NCBI GenBank assembly: GCA_964036045.1
Contig: OZ038378.1
Span: 5,766,001 to 5,830,000 of the forward strand
Origin: Eutreptiella sp. 'Long Island Sound 2002'
Taxonomy: Eukaryota > Protista > Euglenida
DNA: 64,000 nucleotides
Direction: 5' to 3'
The position numbers were made by a program, and so were the translations under genes. The notes beneath the pieces were generated by a model, which was not told the origin of the DNA, did not search any database, and saw only the letters and a list, made by a program, of their open reading frames with translations. Shown piece by piece: positions 45,951-59,660 of this stretch (the first letter of the stretch is position 1; the number at the start of each line of letters is the position of its first letter).

Positions 45951-48866
45951 TTTTTGCGTTCATCGGGCATTTGAAACGGTTTTACCCAAAACCCCCCCAA
46001 ACCCTTTCCAAAAAGAACCCCTCACCTTACCAACCCCCCCCTCCCCCCTGCTAATCTTACCCCAAAACACCCCCGAAATTTACCAAAAACCCCCAGTTCG
46101 TACCAAAACCCCCCAGACCTTACTGGGGGGTGTTTTTGGTAAAAAAAGGGGGTGGGTGGGTTGTTTTAGGGATAAATTGGTAGGAATTGGATTTGTTTCT
46201 GGTAAAAACTACGGGGGGGGGTTTGGTAGGCACCACAGTACATAACTGCAACAGAGTCTCCACGGTCTGTACGTTTGACATCTGGTTCCCCTGAATCATA
46301 CACTTGCAACCTGGTTGGTGGTTCCTATGCTAATGGGGCATCAACCCCCCCCTCCCCCATTCGGGGTGATAAAATCAAACAGGTCATAGCCCCACCCCCT
46401 TGAAAGGGGTGTTGGAGCACCCGATTGGAGTCATAACCCCTCCTAGCAGGGTGATAAAATCACCCCAAGCAGGTCACAAAATCACCCCCAGGGGTGGTAT
46501 AACCCCAGAGGCTGAAAATCCCCACATGGGCTGGGGCTGTGGTGGTCTTATTACCCCGGTGGCGGTGGTTTTATAACCATGACCACTTAAGGGAGGTGTG
46601 TGCGGTGGTGGTGCACACGAGACGTCCATCTAAATGATATAGCAAGACGATGGCACCGAAAAATCGCGTGCTCAGAGAGTCAATCTTTACACAATGACTC
46701 CAAACACCATCCCCAGCCCCCAACCGCAGCCGAATTCTTGGTAGACTAGCCAGGCACCACTGTGCCCACTGCAGGCCAGATGTGGCCTCAGACTTGCTGT
46801 GTCAAGTGGTGTAAGGATCTGTCAGTGGCAGAGGCGGTTAAGTCCTGCAGCAGACCAGGCAATATGACGAGCTGTGCAACGGTTGCACCCTTGCCTCCGG
46901 TGTGCGCACCTTCCTTATTCTGACAACCATGCCTGTGCCTCAACGAGAGATGTGCACAGCAGGCACACAAACATTCATGACCATGCTCAAGAGCTGCACA
47001 GAGGCAGTGTGCCCCTGTACAGCGGCATGACGGTGCAGCAAATTGCTCATGGCCCCAATGGAAGAATGCTGCAGACATCTGGATGAAGCGACCAGAAATG
47101 GTAGGGCAAAAGTTTCACAACAACATCTAAATGACAAAACTTGCCGCAGTAACACAACAGTAGGACTCCAGCTCCGGGAACACCTGCGCCCTGGGCAGAC
47201 CTTTGACATGGCGCAGTCCACTACTGCTGGGTATTGCTGGAGAAGCAGGTGCAGGATGTGGTGTTTGCCAAAAATGCCCCATATCCACTTTAATAGAAAC
47301 AAACCGGACCGCCAATCCCATGGCTCCAAAATATGAGGCAAACAGCACCCCGTGCTGGTTGCATGGTGCGCTGTTGGTGGATGATTTGGACTGTATTCAT
47401 TTACAAATGGGTCTGCTCTGACGAGCCAGGCCCAGTCGGCCAGTCTCACCCCCCTGGAACATGCAGATGGGGCTGGGAAATCAGCCACGACGAGAGGTCT
47501 GCTGCGAAGTACAGGAGGGAACAGCGGTCATTCCCCCGCCCTGCCCTGTACCACTTCCCTTTGTCATCCCAGCAACGAAGTCGGTGGGCATCTGCACAAA
47601 TGGTTGTTGCCTTGTACACCCTACACTGAACACGGCAAGATTTGTATTTGCTCTGCAGAGGGAGACAGACTGACATGACCACATGCTACAGCCTCGTATT
47701 GCACATCCCTCCTCCTCCTGTGCCTGTCTCAGATCAGCCCAGAGGCTCGTGCCCTCAAAGAACATGCCTCTGAAGGCAAGGGACACGCGTCAGTGGTATG
47801 AAAACTTGGGCGCGCCCTGACGGCCCTCCACGGCTACAGTCACACCAACCAACACCGCCGCAATACGTGGCATGGCAGCACGTGGACATGGCTCACAAGA
47901 ATCTCTTCCCACAGGCATCAGAGACCTCTAGTGGTGTTCAAAAATTGTTTCGACCATCGGTACGTCATCAATGACCCCATTTGGACCCCAGAAGGCGGCT
48001 GAAAGGATTTTTCCAGATTTTGAATGCGCAGGTCACTTCTAAACGTTGCCCTGGCTGCGGTGCTCTCCGAACAACGCCACGTCGGAGTGTTCCGGAGGCT
48101 GCGAGGACCTGATGTCACGTTGCGGAGCCCAATCGGGCCTCGGATTGGCCTGATTTGCGGTTTGTACGCATGCTCGACAATGGCCGTCATTGACACCGGA
48201 TGCCCACCCACAACCGGTGGCATTCGATAGCCCGGTTGGCGATTCAACACAACATTCGGTTCTGAAGCAGCCCCCCCCCCCCCATGTTCTGCACTGCAGT
48301 GGCACAGTGATGCGTTGCAGGTTCCACAGGGCAGCCCTCGGAGGTCAGCTCAGGTTCACAGAGACGAACATCTAAAACTCGCAGCGATCACTTGCGCGGC
48401 TAAAAACGCGCTGCCGCTCAATCCAATCGCCAAAACTTTGGGGGGAAACGGCCATGAAGGCGGTGTTGCCGCAACGCTAGCGAACGCCCGTGTGCACTCC
48501 AGTGAGGCTGGGGATGCTGGTCCCACGCCAGCGGCTGGCGCAACAGGGCCACGAAGCTGTTGTTCGCCTGAGGCAAACGACCTTGTGCACCCAGTCCAGC
48601 CATGGCACTGGGTGCACACCCCTTGCGAGGATAAAAGGAACATTAATACTTTAAACTCTAAGGTTGATTTAGAAAAGATACTTGCACTTGCAATTCTTCA
48701 GTCCAAGCGGCGACGACCTCACTGCCGAGGTACTTGCCCAAAGCGTACGTCTTCCTTTGCAGGCGCTGTGGCCCCTATTTGTGCCTGACACTGAGATTAA
48801 CATCTAGCCAAAATTTCAGCGCTGGCCCCCCCGCACCCCAGGCGCCCGGGGGCTGCCGAGAGGCCT

Positions 48867-50435
48867 CTAGGTATGCAGATCCGGGCTCGAGTAGAGCTGG
48901 GGATGGGAAGCGAGAGGGGCCTGCTGCCCGTAGCTGGACGGGCCAGGCCACGTTGGCTGCCTCAGAGGGGCGGCACCGTGGGACCGACTGGAGTGATGAT
49001 GGAAGTGGTGGGCGGCGTGCCCGGCGCGATGTCCTGCACGATGCAAGTCCGTGAAGTCAGGCCAGCGATGGCGGTGATGATGGCGATCGAGAGGCTGGCT
49101 GGAGGATGAGGCAGCGGCGGGCGCTCTGGAGATGGGGCGAGGCTCGTGGTCCGTCGTGTAGCGGTCATAGAGGTCCTCATACACGGGTCTCTCCAGGGGG
49201 ATGTCACTGTTGCGTCGAGAGGGTTCATAAACGGGTTGCTTCTCAGCCGGGTCAAAGTCGCTACGACTGAACTGGAACTTTGAGAGGCTCGACGGCGCAG
49301 CCACGAGGGAAGGGGGCGGTTTGCAGCCGGATGGGGAAGCAGACGACATTTTCTGGGCCAACATGGAGTCCGGCTCCGGGATTGGGAAGTCCCAGTGTGG
49401 AATCGGCTTCTTGACGGGGTCAAACCCAGGCTCATCGTAGTCCCAGGGGGGGAGGGTTGGCGGCGGCTTCAGCGGAGTAGTGGTCAGCTGTGACTGGCTG
49501 TTGGGCTCGGCCGGTCCATCCATGACCGAGGCAGCGTATTGGGCTGTCTGAGGTCCCATGGCGGGTTTCTTTTTGTGTCTGTGCGCCCGCCATTTCTGAA
49601 CGCCGATGACTGCGGCGAGGACAAGGCAGGGCAACAGGAGGAGGAGTAGCAGAAGCAGGAGCCACAGCAAGTCGTCGTTTGAGGATGAACCCTGTGTTGG
49701 AGGTGCTGAGGAAGATGGCGATGGGGATGGGTTAGGGGAAGGGGATGCTGCTGCTGATGGGGATACGGCAGATGACGGTGAGACAGAGGAGGTCGGCGAG
49801 GAGGATGCAGATGTTGGGGATGAGGATGGGGAAGGGGAAGGGGACGGGGAAGGGGAACTTGGGGATGCAGATGGGGAAGGCGAGCTGGGAGAGGCAGACG
49901 CATACGTCATCACCAAGTAGCAAGCAGTCAATGGGTTTGAAGGTTCGATCACCAGTGCGCAACCAGTGCAACCGTACACAGCGCTACTGAAGGTGCCGAT
50001 GGCCGGGCATATAGAGGGGAACGGCTCGAACCACTGCAACAACACATTGGACGAGCTCAGCGCCGCAACGGAAGTGACATGGACCTCGACATTACCGTTC
50101 CAATTGAGGGCCCCGGTGATGCTCAACGGATTTGGGGAAGCCACGTTCGAAAATATCAAGTACCCACCGGAGTCGATGGTCACAGTGCCATCCATGACCG
50201 CGTTCACCGTGAAAGTGTAGGTCGTTCCCCGAATGTTCCAAGCTTCCGTTTGATACGAGCATGACGTGTCCGCGTTGAGGGCACCACCACTACTAACGGT
50301 CAAATCACCCGACAACTGGTTGGCACAGGCGGTGGTGACGGGGCTCAAAGTCGATACGTCAGTTTGAAGCAGCATCCGATGCGACGACACTGTTGCCAGC
50401 CAGAAGGCTGCCAGCACCCAACACCGATGCTCCAT
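48867..50435 (-). CDS. Type I single-pass membrane protein: signal peptide, beta-rich Cys-containing ectodomain, Ser/Pro stalk, TM, Pro/His-rich tail
   Basis: Intronless ORF from the ATG at 50435 (MEHRCWVLAAFWLATVSS, signal-like). Ectodomain GDLTVSSGGALN...GTVTIDSGGYLIF...GALNWNGNVEV, (SP)n stalk, hydrophobic LLWLLLLLLLLLLPCLVLAAVIGV followed by basic KWRAHRHKKK. Confidence 0.8.
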   Translation of the reverse strand: MEHRCWVLAAFWLATVSSHRMLLQTDVSTLSPVTTACANQLSGDLTVSSGGALNADTSCSYQTEAWNIRGTTYTFTVNAVMDGTVTIDSGGYLIFSNVASPNPLSITGALNWNGNVEVHVTSVAALSSSNVLLQWFEPFPSICPAIGTFSSAVYGCTGCALVIEPSNPLTACYLVMTYASASPSSPSPSASPSSPSPSPSPSPSSSPTSASSSPTSSVSPSSAVSPSAAASPSPNPSPSPSSSAPPTQGSSSNDDLLWLLLLLLLLLLPCLVLAAVIGVQKWRAHRHKKKPAMGPQTAQYAASVMDGPAEPNSQSQLTTTPLKPPPTLPPWDYDEPGFDPVKKPIPHWDFPIPEPDSMLAQKMSSASPSGCKPPPSLVAAPSSLSKFQFSRSDFDPAEKQPVYEPSRRNSDIPLERPVYEDLYDRYTTDHEPRPISRAPAAASSSSQPLDRHHHRHRWPDFTDLHRAGHRAGHAAHHFHHHSSRSHGAAPLRQPTWPGPSSYGQQAPLASHPQLYSSPDLHT

Positions 50436-53400
50436 CCCATGTAGCCCGAATCGTACTGGATCTGCAGTGGATTTGGACGAGAAGGGAATTGTTTTCTGGG
50501 CAGGATCCCAATCCGGCCCCTGAGCCTTGGACGGCAAACTTTTCGCAGTGAACCCTCATCCATCCACTGAGGGTTGAAGAATTATCATGCTAAGTAAATT
50601 TTGAGTGTGTGCTGCCCTGTTCTGATGCTCTTCAATGTTGTTGATGGGTCTTTTTTGCACCACTGGCAATTTTGTTGCCCTCTGTGGGCACTGCGTGCAT
50701 ATTTGGTGAAGCCCACCAGAAAAGAAACCCTCTAAAACCACCCGCCACCTCTGCACAGCAGGGCAATGTAGCAATACAAACAGGTATAAAATTCTGCTTC
50801 CTCCAAATGTGCAAAGAGGCTCCCTCTGTACCATTATCTCTTGATAGATATCTTGCTGCACATCCTTGAGGCTGATATCAATGCCCGCCGGAGCATTGCT
50901 TTCAACCCACCAATCAGTCTCGTCATGGATGAATTCAATTCAATTCAAGCCAAAGCTGTTGTGTCATGAATGCACTTGCAGCCATGTGATTCACCACCAA
51001 CATAATCCAACCTCCACCTACAAAGGGCAACAAGGGTTGAAAATGGGTGAAAATGGCGTGAAAAGGGGGGGGCGGGGGTTGGCGCACGTGGGGTTCGTTG
51101 GAGCCCCCCCAGCCTGTGCCGCACGGAACGGCGAAGCGGCACGGAAGAATTTTTCTCAAAAAAAATTCTCCCATGACACAAACCTCAAAATGATCAGCGC
51201 ATCGTGGGGATCATTTTGAGCCATATATCTTGGGGTACCTCAGGAACTCCCTCCCTGCCCGCGCCCAACCTCCCACGTCAGCCCGTCAGGGGTCCCTATT
51301 ACGCGAGCCCTGAAGAGGGGAGAGGGGTCTGGATTGAGTCATCATTAGAGTTTTTAGACTGGCCACTTTGGACTGGCCTGTCATGAGAGCCCCTTCCCCC
51401 CTTCCCCGCACCCCCGCAAACCTTTTTCGCCCTCCCAGGAGGTGAAAAAGGGTGAAACCTATGAATAGTGCACCTAAAATGGGGCATAAGAACTGTGTGT
51501 CGACTGTGGCCCCTCAACCATGACCAAACACCATTTTTATACCCCCTTCCACACAAATTCTTATGACATGGATGCCATCAATAAATTACACTCACTTTGC
51601 ACCCCCAAAAAGAGGTAGCTTGTGGAAAAAAGTAAAAACTAGGGTTTGGGTCGTTGCCGACATGTAAAACTTTGCACTGCGTGCGCGTTGCTTGAACAAC
51701 ATTACCTATGTTGCATATGGCAACTATTTCGCTATGGGAAATATGTGCAATACCATGATTCCACTTGTTCTGTACGTTGGTTCAGCTTTTGTAAATCACT
51801 GTTTTCTGGTTGTTGCATGTTGGATGTTGGATGTTGGATGCTACTCTTCGTGTTGCTTGGGATAGGGGGGTTTGGGTGGGGGAACCTACCATCATTTTAC
51901 CTTTATTTGACTGGTTATGTTCTGCACTGTGTACAGGGGAGGGGGATTTTCGGGCGGAAGTTATGTCGAGATAAAACATATGGAAAAGATGGAGGGCTAC
52001 ACCTGCACGCTGCAGGTGCCGCAGGCGCCGTAGGGCAAGAATAATGCTCTTAAATTGTAGAAACAGTGAAACTTGCAACAAGAAGGAAAAAACACTACTC
52101 CATGACCATTTGGAGTGCCTGCCTGTACAAAACCCACTGAGTGAACAGCACAAGGACCGCACTTGAGCCGGGGAAGAGCTCCGAATGCAGGATCTTCACT
52201 GAGCAACCAACGACATTTGTATAGCGCCTCGTCTTGCGAACTTGGTGCTCAAAGCATGGAGGTTTGATGACAGGGAAGCAAAGGGGAACCCCTACCTTCT
52301 CGGATCGCAACATAACCCCTGCCTTCTTGAGCATGACCACATGGGCTAAACTATTTTACTGACCCCTTCAAATGCACCAAATTGTAGACGAAGCGAACTT
52401 GGTACCCATAGATCGTGGGTGGAACGGCTACATAGCCCAGCATTCCCCATCACCCCAACCCCAAGCCCCAAGACACATGGATCAGCGGGGGGGGACGTAT
52501 TGGAACCTGGACATCAACCAGGCCCCTCACCATGATAGGGATAGTGCCTAAGTTATACCCTATGCAATCATACAACCGGACTTCAAAACAATTTCGTACA
52601 GTCTACTCTGCTGTTTGGAAGCCCATGATCATGGGCAATAGAGCATGGAACACAATGGATTGGCAAGCTACAACAGGTCGGACGAGCGACTTGGGGGCAT
52701 GGTTTCTCATCATAGAAAACATTGCTCAATTTGTTTTGCAGATTAAACATTTTCACACCATGAGGGCCACACCCTTGCGGCGCCTGCGGCGCTCGTTTGG
52801 AATAATTCCAACAACAAACAAAACACACAATTCATTGTTATTGGTTGATTGATTCACTACTTTTTCACACTCCACCCCTTTGCACTGTGCAATGACACTT
52901 CTGTGGAGCTCCTATCGGAATCCAACTGAAATGCAACACAGAGATGCATTCCTTGATCAATCTCTAGCTTCCTTCCATTTAGATTCCATACAAATCAACA
53001 TCCCATTGACATTGACAGCATCCATAGGGAACAACCTTGCACTGCGTGGGCTAATTTGGTGCTGCAACCCATTTGGTGTCCATGAAGTCCATGCGCTCGC
53101 GAGCACAAAAAATGCACCAAAACACAACTCCTCATTGCCATCATCTACTCTGGAGGATCCTCATCTGACCATAACCCACGGTATTGGCTTACACAGAGCA
53201 GAGTGAGGCTTGCAATAGCGTCCTGCAGTACAAAAAATTGCACCGCATGCGCACTGCATGTGAATGCCTCCCCATCGTGCCCCACACCGTTGTCGTTGGT
53301 GTTTTCAAGCCCCCCCCCCCCCCTCCCCGCCCCCACTTGGCAACTGGCAAGCCTTCATGAAACGCCCTACCCCCCCTTGCGCAGATTTGTTCCTTCATTT

Positions 53401-54269
53401 GGATTGCAATTGATCACCCCATCTGCATCATTCATTAATCTGGTTCCATTCAGCGTAGTGCACTGTTTCCGCGACACGCATCACAGTTGCTGGTGCACGT
53501 GGACAACATAACCCGTCCATTTTCGGTGCTGTTTGTGCCGTTTGTAGACACATCTTGTGCATTGCTGGGCGCACACAACACCCGTCGCAATTCGTCAGCA
53601 CTGCCTTGTCCAAAAGCAGCGCTTGACCATGTGAGAATGCCAGCACTGCCAGGGGACGAAGCATGGCGGCAGAGACACAAACGTTTCTGCGTGGGAAGCG
53701 AATGTTAGCGCTGTGATCCCAAGTAAAACACTTCCACTCCGAAGTAAATGTGCGCATTGCCCTGCGAGGGAAAACCCCTTTTGGGTTCTCCCCTCTGCAG
53801 GCCTGTCTCACGCCCGCCTGCAAAGAATCAAAATTGACCTTGATTCCCACATATTTTCCGCATGGTCTGGGTTGAGTTGAGAGCCGCTGTTGCTCAATAC
53901 TCCATGAATGGCTACCATCTGAGCCCTTCGTTTAGACGAAAGTCCATTCCTATAAAGTAGATCATCGGGCACTCTTTGGCATATGGCCTGTATCTTCAAC
54001 CTTTGATTCCTGATTGTGTGTGCCTTGAGTGGTCCTGGTGCCTCATGCCTCTGCCGTGTATGTTAGAAATGGGCCCAGCATGATACAATTTGCTTTGCTG
54101 TCAAAACGTCACTTCGCTCTGGTCGAGCCTGCCTCATGACCTTCATGGCGCCCAAAATCCACAATGTCTACTGAAACCTCCACATAAACCTTTCCTACGA
54201 ACCACATCTGCCTGGTACCTGCGGAATGGCCGAGGTCACGCTCCCCGCCCCCAAGAAAGAAAAAGGGAA

Positions 54270-54480
54270 ACCTGGAGAATACAGTGTACCACAAGCTTTG
54301 TAAGACTCCATCTCCATCATAATGATGGATTGCTCAACACCCCATATTCAACAAGGCAACAACAAAAGATGCAATGCTTTTGCATATGAACAGCTACAGG
54401 TCGTCCGAGCAACGGACCGGAGACATCAAGCGACAGCTCTCATATGTACATACTGTGCTCACAACACACCTTGCCCCGTC
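54270..54480 (+). pseudogene. Possible Penelope-like RT C-terminal remnant
   Basis: NTVYHKLCKTPSPS**WIAQHPIFNKA...LSYVHTVL loosely follows the VYRKP...S.HP...K pattern of PLE RT. In-frame stops are present. Confidence 0.3.
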
Positions 54481-57038
54481 TGGTGCACGTGATGGCGCTC
54501 AAGGAGGTCCAAGCAGAGACGCAGCGTCGCGGCTGGGCCAACGCTCTGGTTTGCGATACCTTCCCCAGAGGTTACCAATGATGAAGGACCCCATTGCTTA
54601 AAGACCCAGGGGGGGTTGTAATTTGGGGCCCAATCCAGAATTCGCACGAGTTGGTAACACCGACATAGAACCTCTCCATGGAAGCCCTTCGTGCTTCAAA
54701 GGTTTGATTGCCAGTGGCTGCACAGGCAGCAGGCAGGTGGCAGGTCACTGCAGCACTCATCCTGCCACCATGCAACCCATGCCTCGGGGCTTATCCCATA
54801 CTTTTGATTGGATGGGATACATGCAGGCCCATGCATATGTGGATGCAGGTCTGGGTGTGGGTGTGGGTGTGGTGTGGGTGGGAATGTGGATGTGGATGAG
54901 AATGTGCACACGGATGTGAATGTGGAGGTGGATGGGGATGTGGGTGCCGATGTGTGTGTGTGTGTGCAGGGGGGGGGGATTGCCATATTATAGAGGAAGG
55001 CCTGCATGGGTCCAGGGGTGGGCGCTCAGCGGAGGGGGGCCTGTGCCAGAAGGATGTCTGATGGATGTGTGTGTGTGTGTGTGTGCGGGTGTATATACAA
55101 GGGTTGAAGGCTTTTAATGTCCTGGCCGCTCTTGCGACGGGAGGGTGAGGGGTTAGCGGGTTAGAGCCTGCCTGAGGCCTGCCCTATCCCACCCCATGGC
55201 CCCCCGGTGTGTCGCTGCGCGGCGGAAGGACGGGTGTATATATAAGGGTGATCTGGCTGAGGCAAATTGTGGCTGAGGCTACAGATGCTTGTGTGGATGT
55301 CGAGGGCAGGGGTGTGAACCCAAATTATCGGGTCCTACGCCCGGTGACCACGGGCAAGACCTGTTCGGCGGCGGAGAGCCCAAGGAGCACGACTGCCGCT
55401 GACCCGAGGTCCACACCGAGACGGCAGGGCAGAGAGGCGGGGAGGGGGATGGGCTGGCTCGGGGCACTTACTTACACAGCTGTACGGCAAGGGCTGCGGT
55501 ACACTTGTCGTTCACCCACGGCGGTTGGTGATGAACCGACAGGGGCTGGCGGTCAACTGACTGCAGTCGATGTTCGGCCGTGGTCAATCACCGGCAGGTC
55601 GATGTTGAGCCAATCGCACTCGAACCACCGCCCCCCCCCAATCCTCCCTTTACCTTCCGCTCCCCCCAGTCCGAAACCCACCTCAAAGACGGTCCAATAC
55701 TGTGCGGTCACGGGCCGTGGCATGGTCGACGTGAAAGACAGAGTGCCGGGCAATGCCGCAGCACAAATGCGCGCACACGGGCACATGCGTGTCGGCCTGA
55801 TGCGCCTGCGTTGATCGTGCCCACCCCCACAATGGGGGCACTGCACAGCGATGCTCAGATGGACTCCACATCCTTCCGACCGCCGCGTCACACCGACGGA
55901 GGGTGCGGCCCTTTGAGCCCAATACTCGGGCCAGAGGCAATCGGACCCCCGCAGACCCGGGGGGGGGGGGGCGCCCCACACATATCTGCCCTTCTTTGGG
56001 CTCTGGGGCGGTGCCACCGTTTGTCTTGAATCGCATTCCACCAAACGTTCAACGCATGGCCTCTCATGAACGCCACGAATGGAGCACCGTCCACACCCGA
56101 TTTTACGTCGGGTTTGCACAGTCCCCCAGTCACCGTCGTGACGTGATCGCAGGGTCTGTTCCGCGACACAAAGGGGCCCTGGGCCCCCTCAAACCCGCTT
56201 TGAACGGAGGGGCCGCCACACGCCCTCCCTCCCCCATTCGCCGCGGGGCACACTTGTTCGTGAATACAAATGCCACGCCCGGCGCCCCTGGCGGAGCGGA
56301 CGCGGGACAGGCAATGCCGCCGCACGGGCTCAACAGAGGCGGCCTGCGCCCCTGTGCCCGTACGCGCCGTTGCTGCGCTTGCGAGGGCTGCAGTCAAGAG
56401 GAAGAACAAACACGAAGCAGTGGCGGCGTCCATTGCGCCACTGCCAACAAAATCCGCCGTCAGTCAGCACCGGACTCCAAATCCAGGTCACGTCGCTTAT
56501 CCTTCAACGGCCATCGCTGAACACGGTCCTCAAAGGATGACCCTGCAGCCCCCGGCGCAAGACCGATGGCTGGACCCCGTTGCCCCCCCCTGTGTGACAT
56601 TCCGTCTGGTTGTTGTTCCTGTATGGGGCCCTGGACAGTCACCCGTTCTTCCCTTCGCATGTTGTGTTGGGTCGCTGCTTTCTGTCGGCCGCTGCGGCCG
56701 GTGCTCTTCCCCCCCCCCCGCCCCCCCGCAACGGGATCCAGCCGGAGCTCCATAGACAAGAGGGGGGGTTGGGGTGGCTCAGAGCCCTCCGATCGTCAAC
56801 GCATGGACGACCGCTGCGCCGTCCCTGCGCGACGCGACCGGCACATCCCAACGGCCAGTCTCAAAGCACCGCTGGACTATGGCAAGGGCCCAGACCCGGC
56901 GAAACGCACCCCCTTGCGAACCCCCCCCCAACAGCGGCTCAGCGTACGGGCGCAACCCTCGGCGACACATCGCTGTGTGCCCGTGCTCCTGTTCAATGCA
57001 CCGCACACCCAATTGGTCACCCGCACCGGTAGCCCCTG

Positions 57039-57233
57039 CCAGACTTGCCACTAGCGTCCGCCGGCTCAGACATGATCGGATGGAGCAGGGTCCTACTGAG
57101 CCACATGCTGGACACAGCACATTCCTACTGAGTTTCGGTGGTGCGGGAGGCGGGGAGTGCTGAGTGGCCGTTGATCCGGGGCCGATTCCTACCGAGAACC
57201 AGTTTCCCTGCCGGACGCTAGTGGCATGTCTGG
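57039..57233. mobile_element. MITE-like hairpin element
   Basis: 22-bp inverted repeat with 1 mismatch (ccagacttgccactagcgtccg 57039-57060; cggacgctagtggcatgtctgg 57212-57233). Three internal tcctac(t/c)gag motifs. Confidence 0.7.
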
Positions 57234-58002
57234 TCTGCTGCCTCTTCCCGTGGCGCTGAGAAGGGGCAGCGTGGGACGGGGGGGGGGGGGCTCGGACACG
57301 AGCAGCACACACTCCACACACCCTGACCACGCCCCTCAACACGCCAAAGGCACTAGGGACGGGGCCGGCAAGCGCTGGCAGCACCGGCCCCGCGCGCCAC
57401 TGCCTTGCGCTGGACCTGCCGACGCCGGCACCACCGGCAATGCCCCTGGCGGCCGACAAAGAGAGGGCCGTTCGGTGCCATTGCCACTGGTGTACCGCGG
57501 GGGGGGGGCTGAGGGAGGGGAGGCGCTTTGGCTGGGCAACCCGGGCTTAGGCCTTCTTGGAAGCCCAGCCTGAGAGGCGCAGCACTGGGGGGGGGGGGCG
57601 AGTGCTCCTGACACCCTGTACCATGTGCCTGTGCGTCTGCGGAGGAGCGGCGGCAGAATGGCCCGCCGCCCGATGGCGATCCCTGCGGCATACCAGAGGA
57701 GAGTTGAGGAAGAAGAGGGATCCTCTGGCCCTATCATCTATTCGACTCGACCCCCGCTCTTCCGACGTGACCCACAACACGTTCCCAAGGCTACCGGCCC
57801 CGGATCAGACCAAGGCTGGTCTTGGAACTTCCGGCCCTCCGGTCTGCGAGCCTGTCCGGCCTCGGCGGCGGGCCAGATGTCGTCCCGTGACGATCAACCG
57901 CCGCCAACCGCCGTCAACCGCCGTCAACCGCCGCAGTCTCAAGATCAACTGCCCTGAGCACGACCGGCGGTCGTGCGATGGCGTCCGTCCACCGCGACAG
58001 CC

Positions 58003-58538
58003 TCAGCCCTCCTGCTTGAGCCTCAGCTCCGTGCCCAGCAGGAAGTGGCAGAACCACGTGTGATTCTGATGAAGCAGCGCGTGGTTCTCCCGGGGTTTGG
58101 TAATGCCATGGCCGAAGGCCGGGAACACGATGAGCTCCGTGGGCACCCCCATCTCCCTCAGCCCCCGGTACAGTTCCTTCGCGTTGCTGACCGGGACGCG
58201 CGGGTCGTCGGCCCCGTGCTGGATGAGCATCGGGGTCGCGGCGGTCGGCAGGGCGCTCATGGGGGCGGTCTTGTGGTACAGCGCGCGGTCGCGGAAGGGG
58301 GAGGCGCCGAGGTAGTCCGTCGTGAAGTGGGGGATGTCGTTCTCGATGTGGTACGTGTACCAGTCGGAGATGCCGGCCCCGACGGAGACGGCCTTGAAGA
58401 GGCGGGAGTGCAGGCCCGCGAAGGCGGAGATGTAGCCGCCCTGGGACCAGCCCATGCAGCCCACCTTCGCGGGGTCGACCCACCCCAGGCCCATGAGGTG
58501 GTCGATGGCGCTCTCGATATCCCACAGGTCCCCGATAC
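58003..58538 (-). CDS. S9 family (prolyl oligopeptidase / acylaminoacyl-peptidase-like) serine peptidase, last exon
   Basis: AG acceptor, phase 1. Contains the nucleophile elbow GWSQGG, catalytic Asp in HGADDPRV and His in FGHG. Ends at TGA. Confidence 0.92.
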
Positions 58539-59660
58539 CTGAGGGGAAGAGGGGGGCCGGCATGCGGAAGGCAATGCGGGGTATTCCTTCGAACGGATGC
58601 ACATGTAATCGTGCGATTCGGGCCGGTGCATTCTGTAGTGGCGGTGAGAAGCTTAAACGGAGGTGTCCTCAATGCGCCCCCCCCCCTCCAAAAGAAACCG
58701 CGGGTCCGGTGTACCTGGACAGCACCGGCCGAATAGTGACCGCTGTCGGTTAGCGGCCAACCGGCGTCAACCGTCCAATACAGGCGGCCAACTGCCGTCG
58801 GTCAATTCCGCTCGAGACTCCGGATGGTTGGGGAGTTAGAGCACAGGATTTCCGGACTGCATGCCTCAGATTCGAACCTGCAATTCGGATTGAATACTAA
58901 ACCGACGCCGGGAGTAAAATCAAAGCCCCTGAACTCTCTCCCGAAGCCTCCGGCGGAGGTCGAGGATTCGCGCCGGAGGTTTGGCATCGGCATCGGCACC
59001 ACCCCCCTGCAGTGTGCCACAGGGTGGCAGGCACAGGGACTCCAGGTTGGCGTCCGTCGCCCCGAAATCATCGCAATTCTGCCCCCGAAAACCTTCAACG
59101 GTCTTTTGCGAAACAAACACAACAACAGAACTCTCATTCCGGAAGGACGCCCGGCGGTGAGAACACGGGCTGTGACCGGCACCGAATGGTCCACAGCGCT
59201 GCCGCCCGAGCCCGCACCCTCTCCTCGAATGCAAAGCCCGAGGCATTGCCGCGTTGAAACCCCCGCGGCCTGCGCACACGCCGTGCGAAACACGGCATCA
59301 CAGCACGGGTCAGCCATAGAAGTGCTGCAGGATGAAGAGCAGGCCCAGCGCGCGACAATGATGTCGTCGATGGAGTGCAAAAGAAACCGAGGGACGTCAT
59401 GGGCTCTGGCGGGGGGGGACAAGGGAACCGAGTGATTCGTCATCAACGTTGTTCAGAAGGTCCAACGAGGACAACAAAAAGGGGGGCAGGCGTTCACAGT
59501 CATGCAGGATTTTGTTGAGGAGTACCACTCTGCTTGACCATCAACACGACGCCAACTTGACTGGGCCATAGCTTCGGGCAGGCGGCACAGGAGGACCGGG
59601 AGGCCCTCCTGTGCCGGGGGGGCAGGGGGGGGGGGATGGAGGCTTCGCCCCAATGCACAC

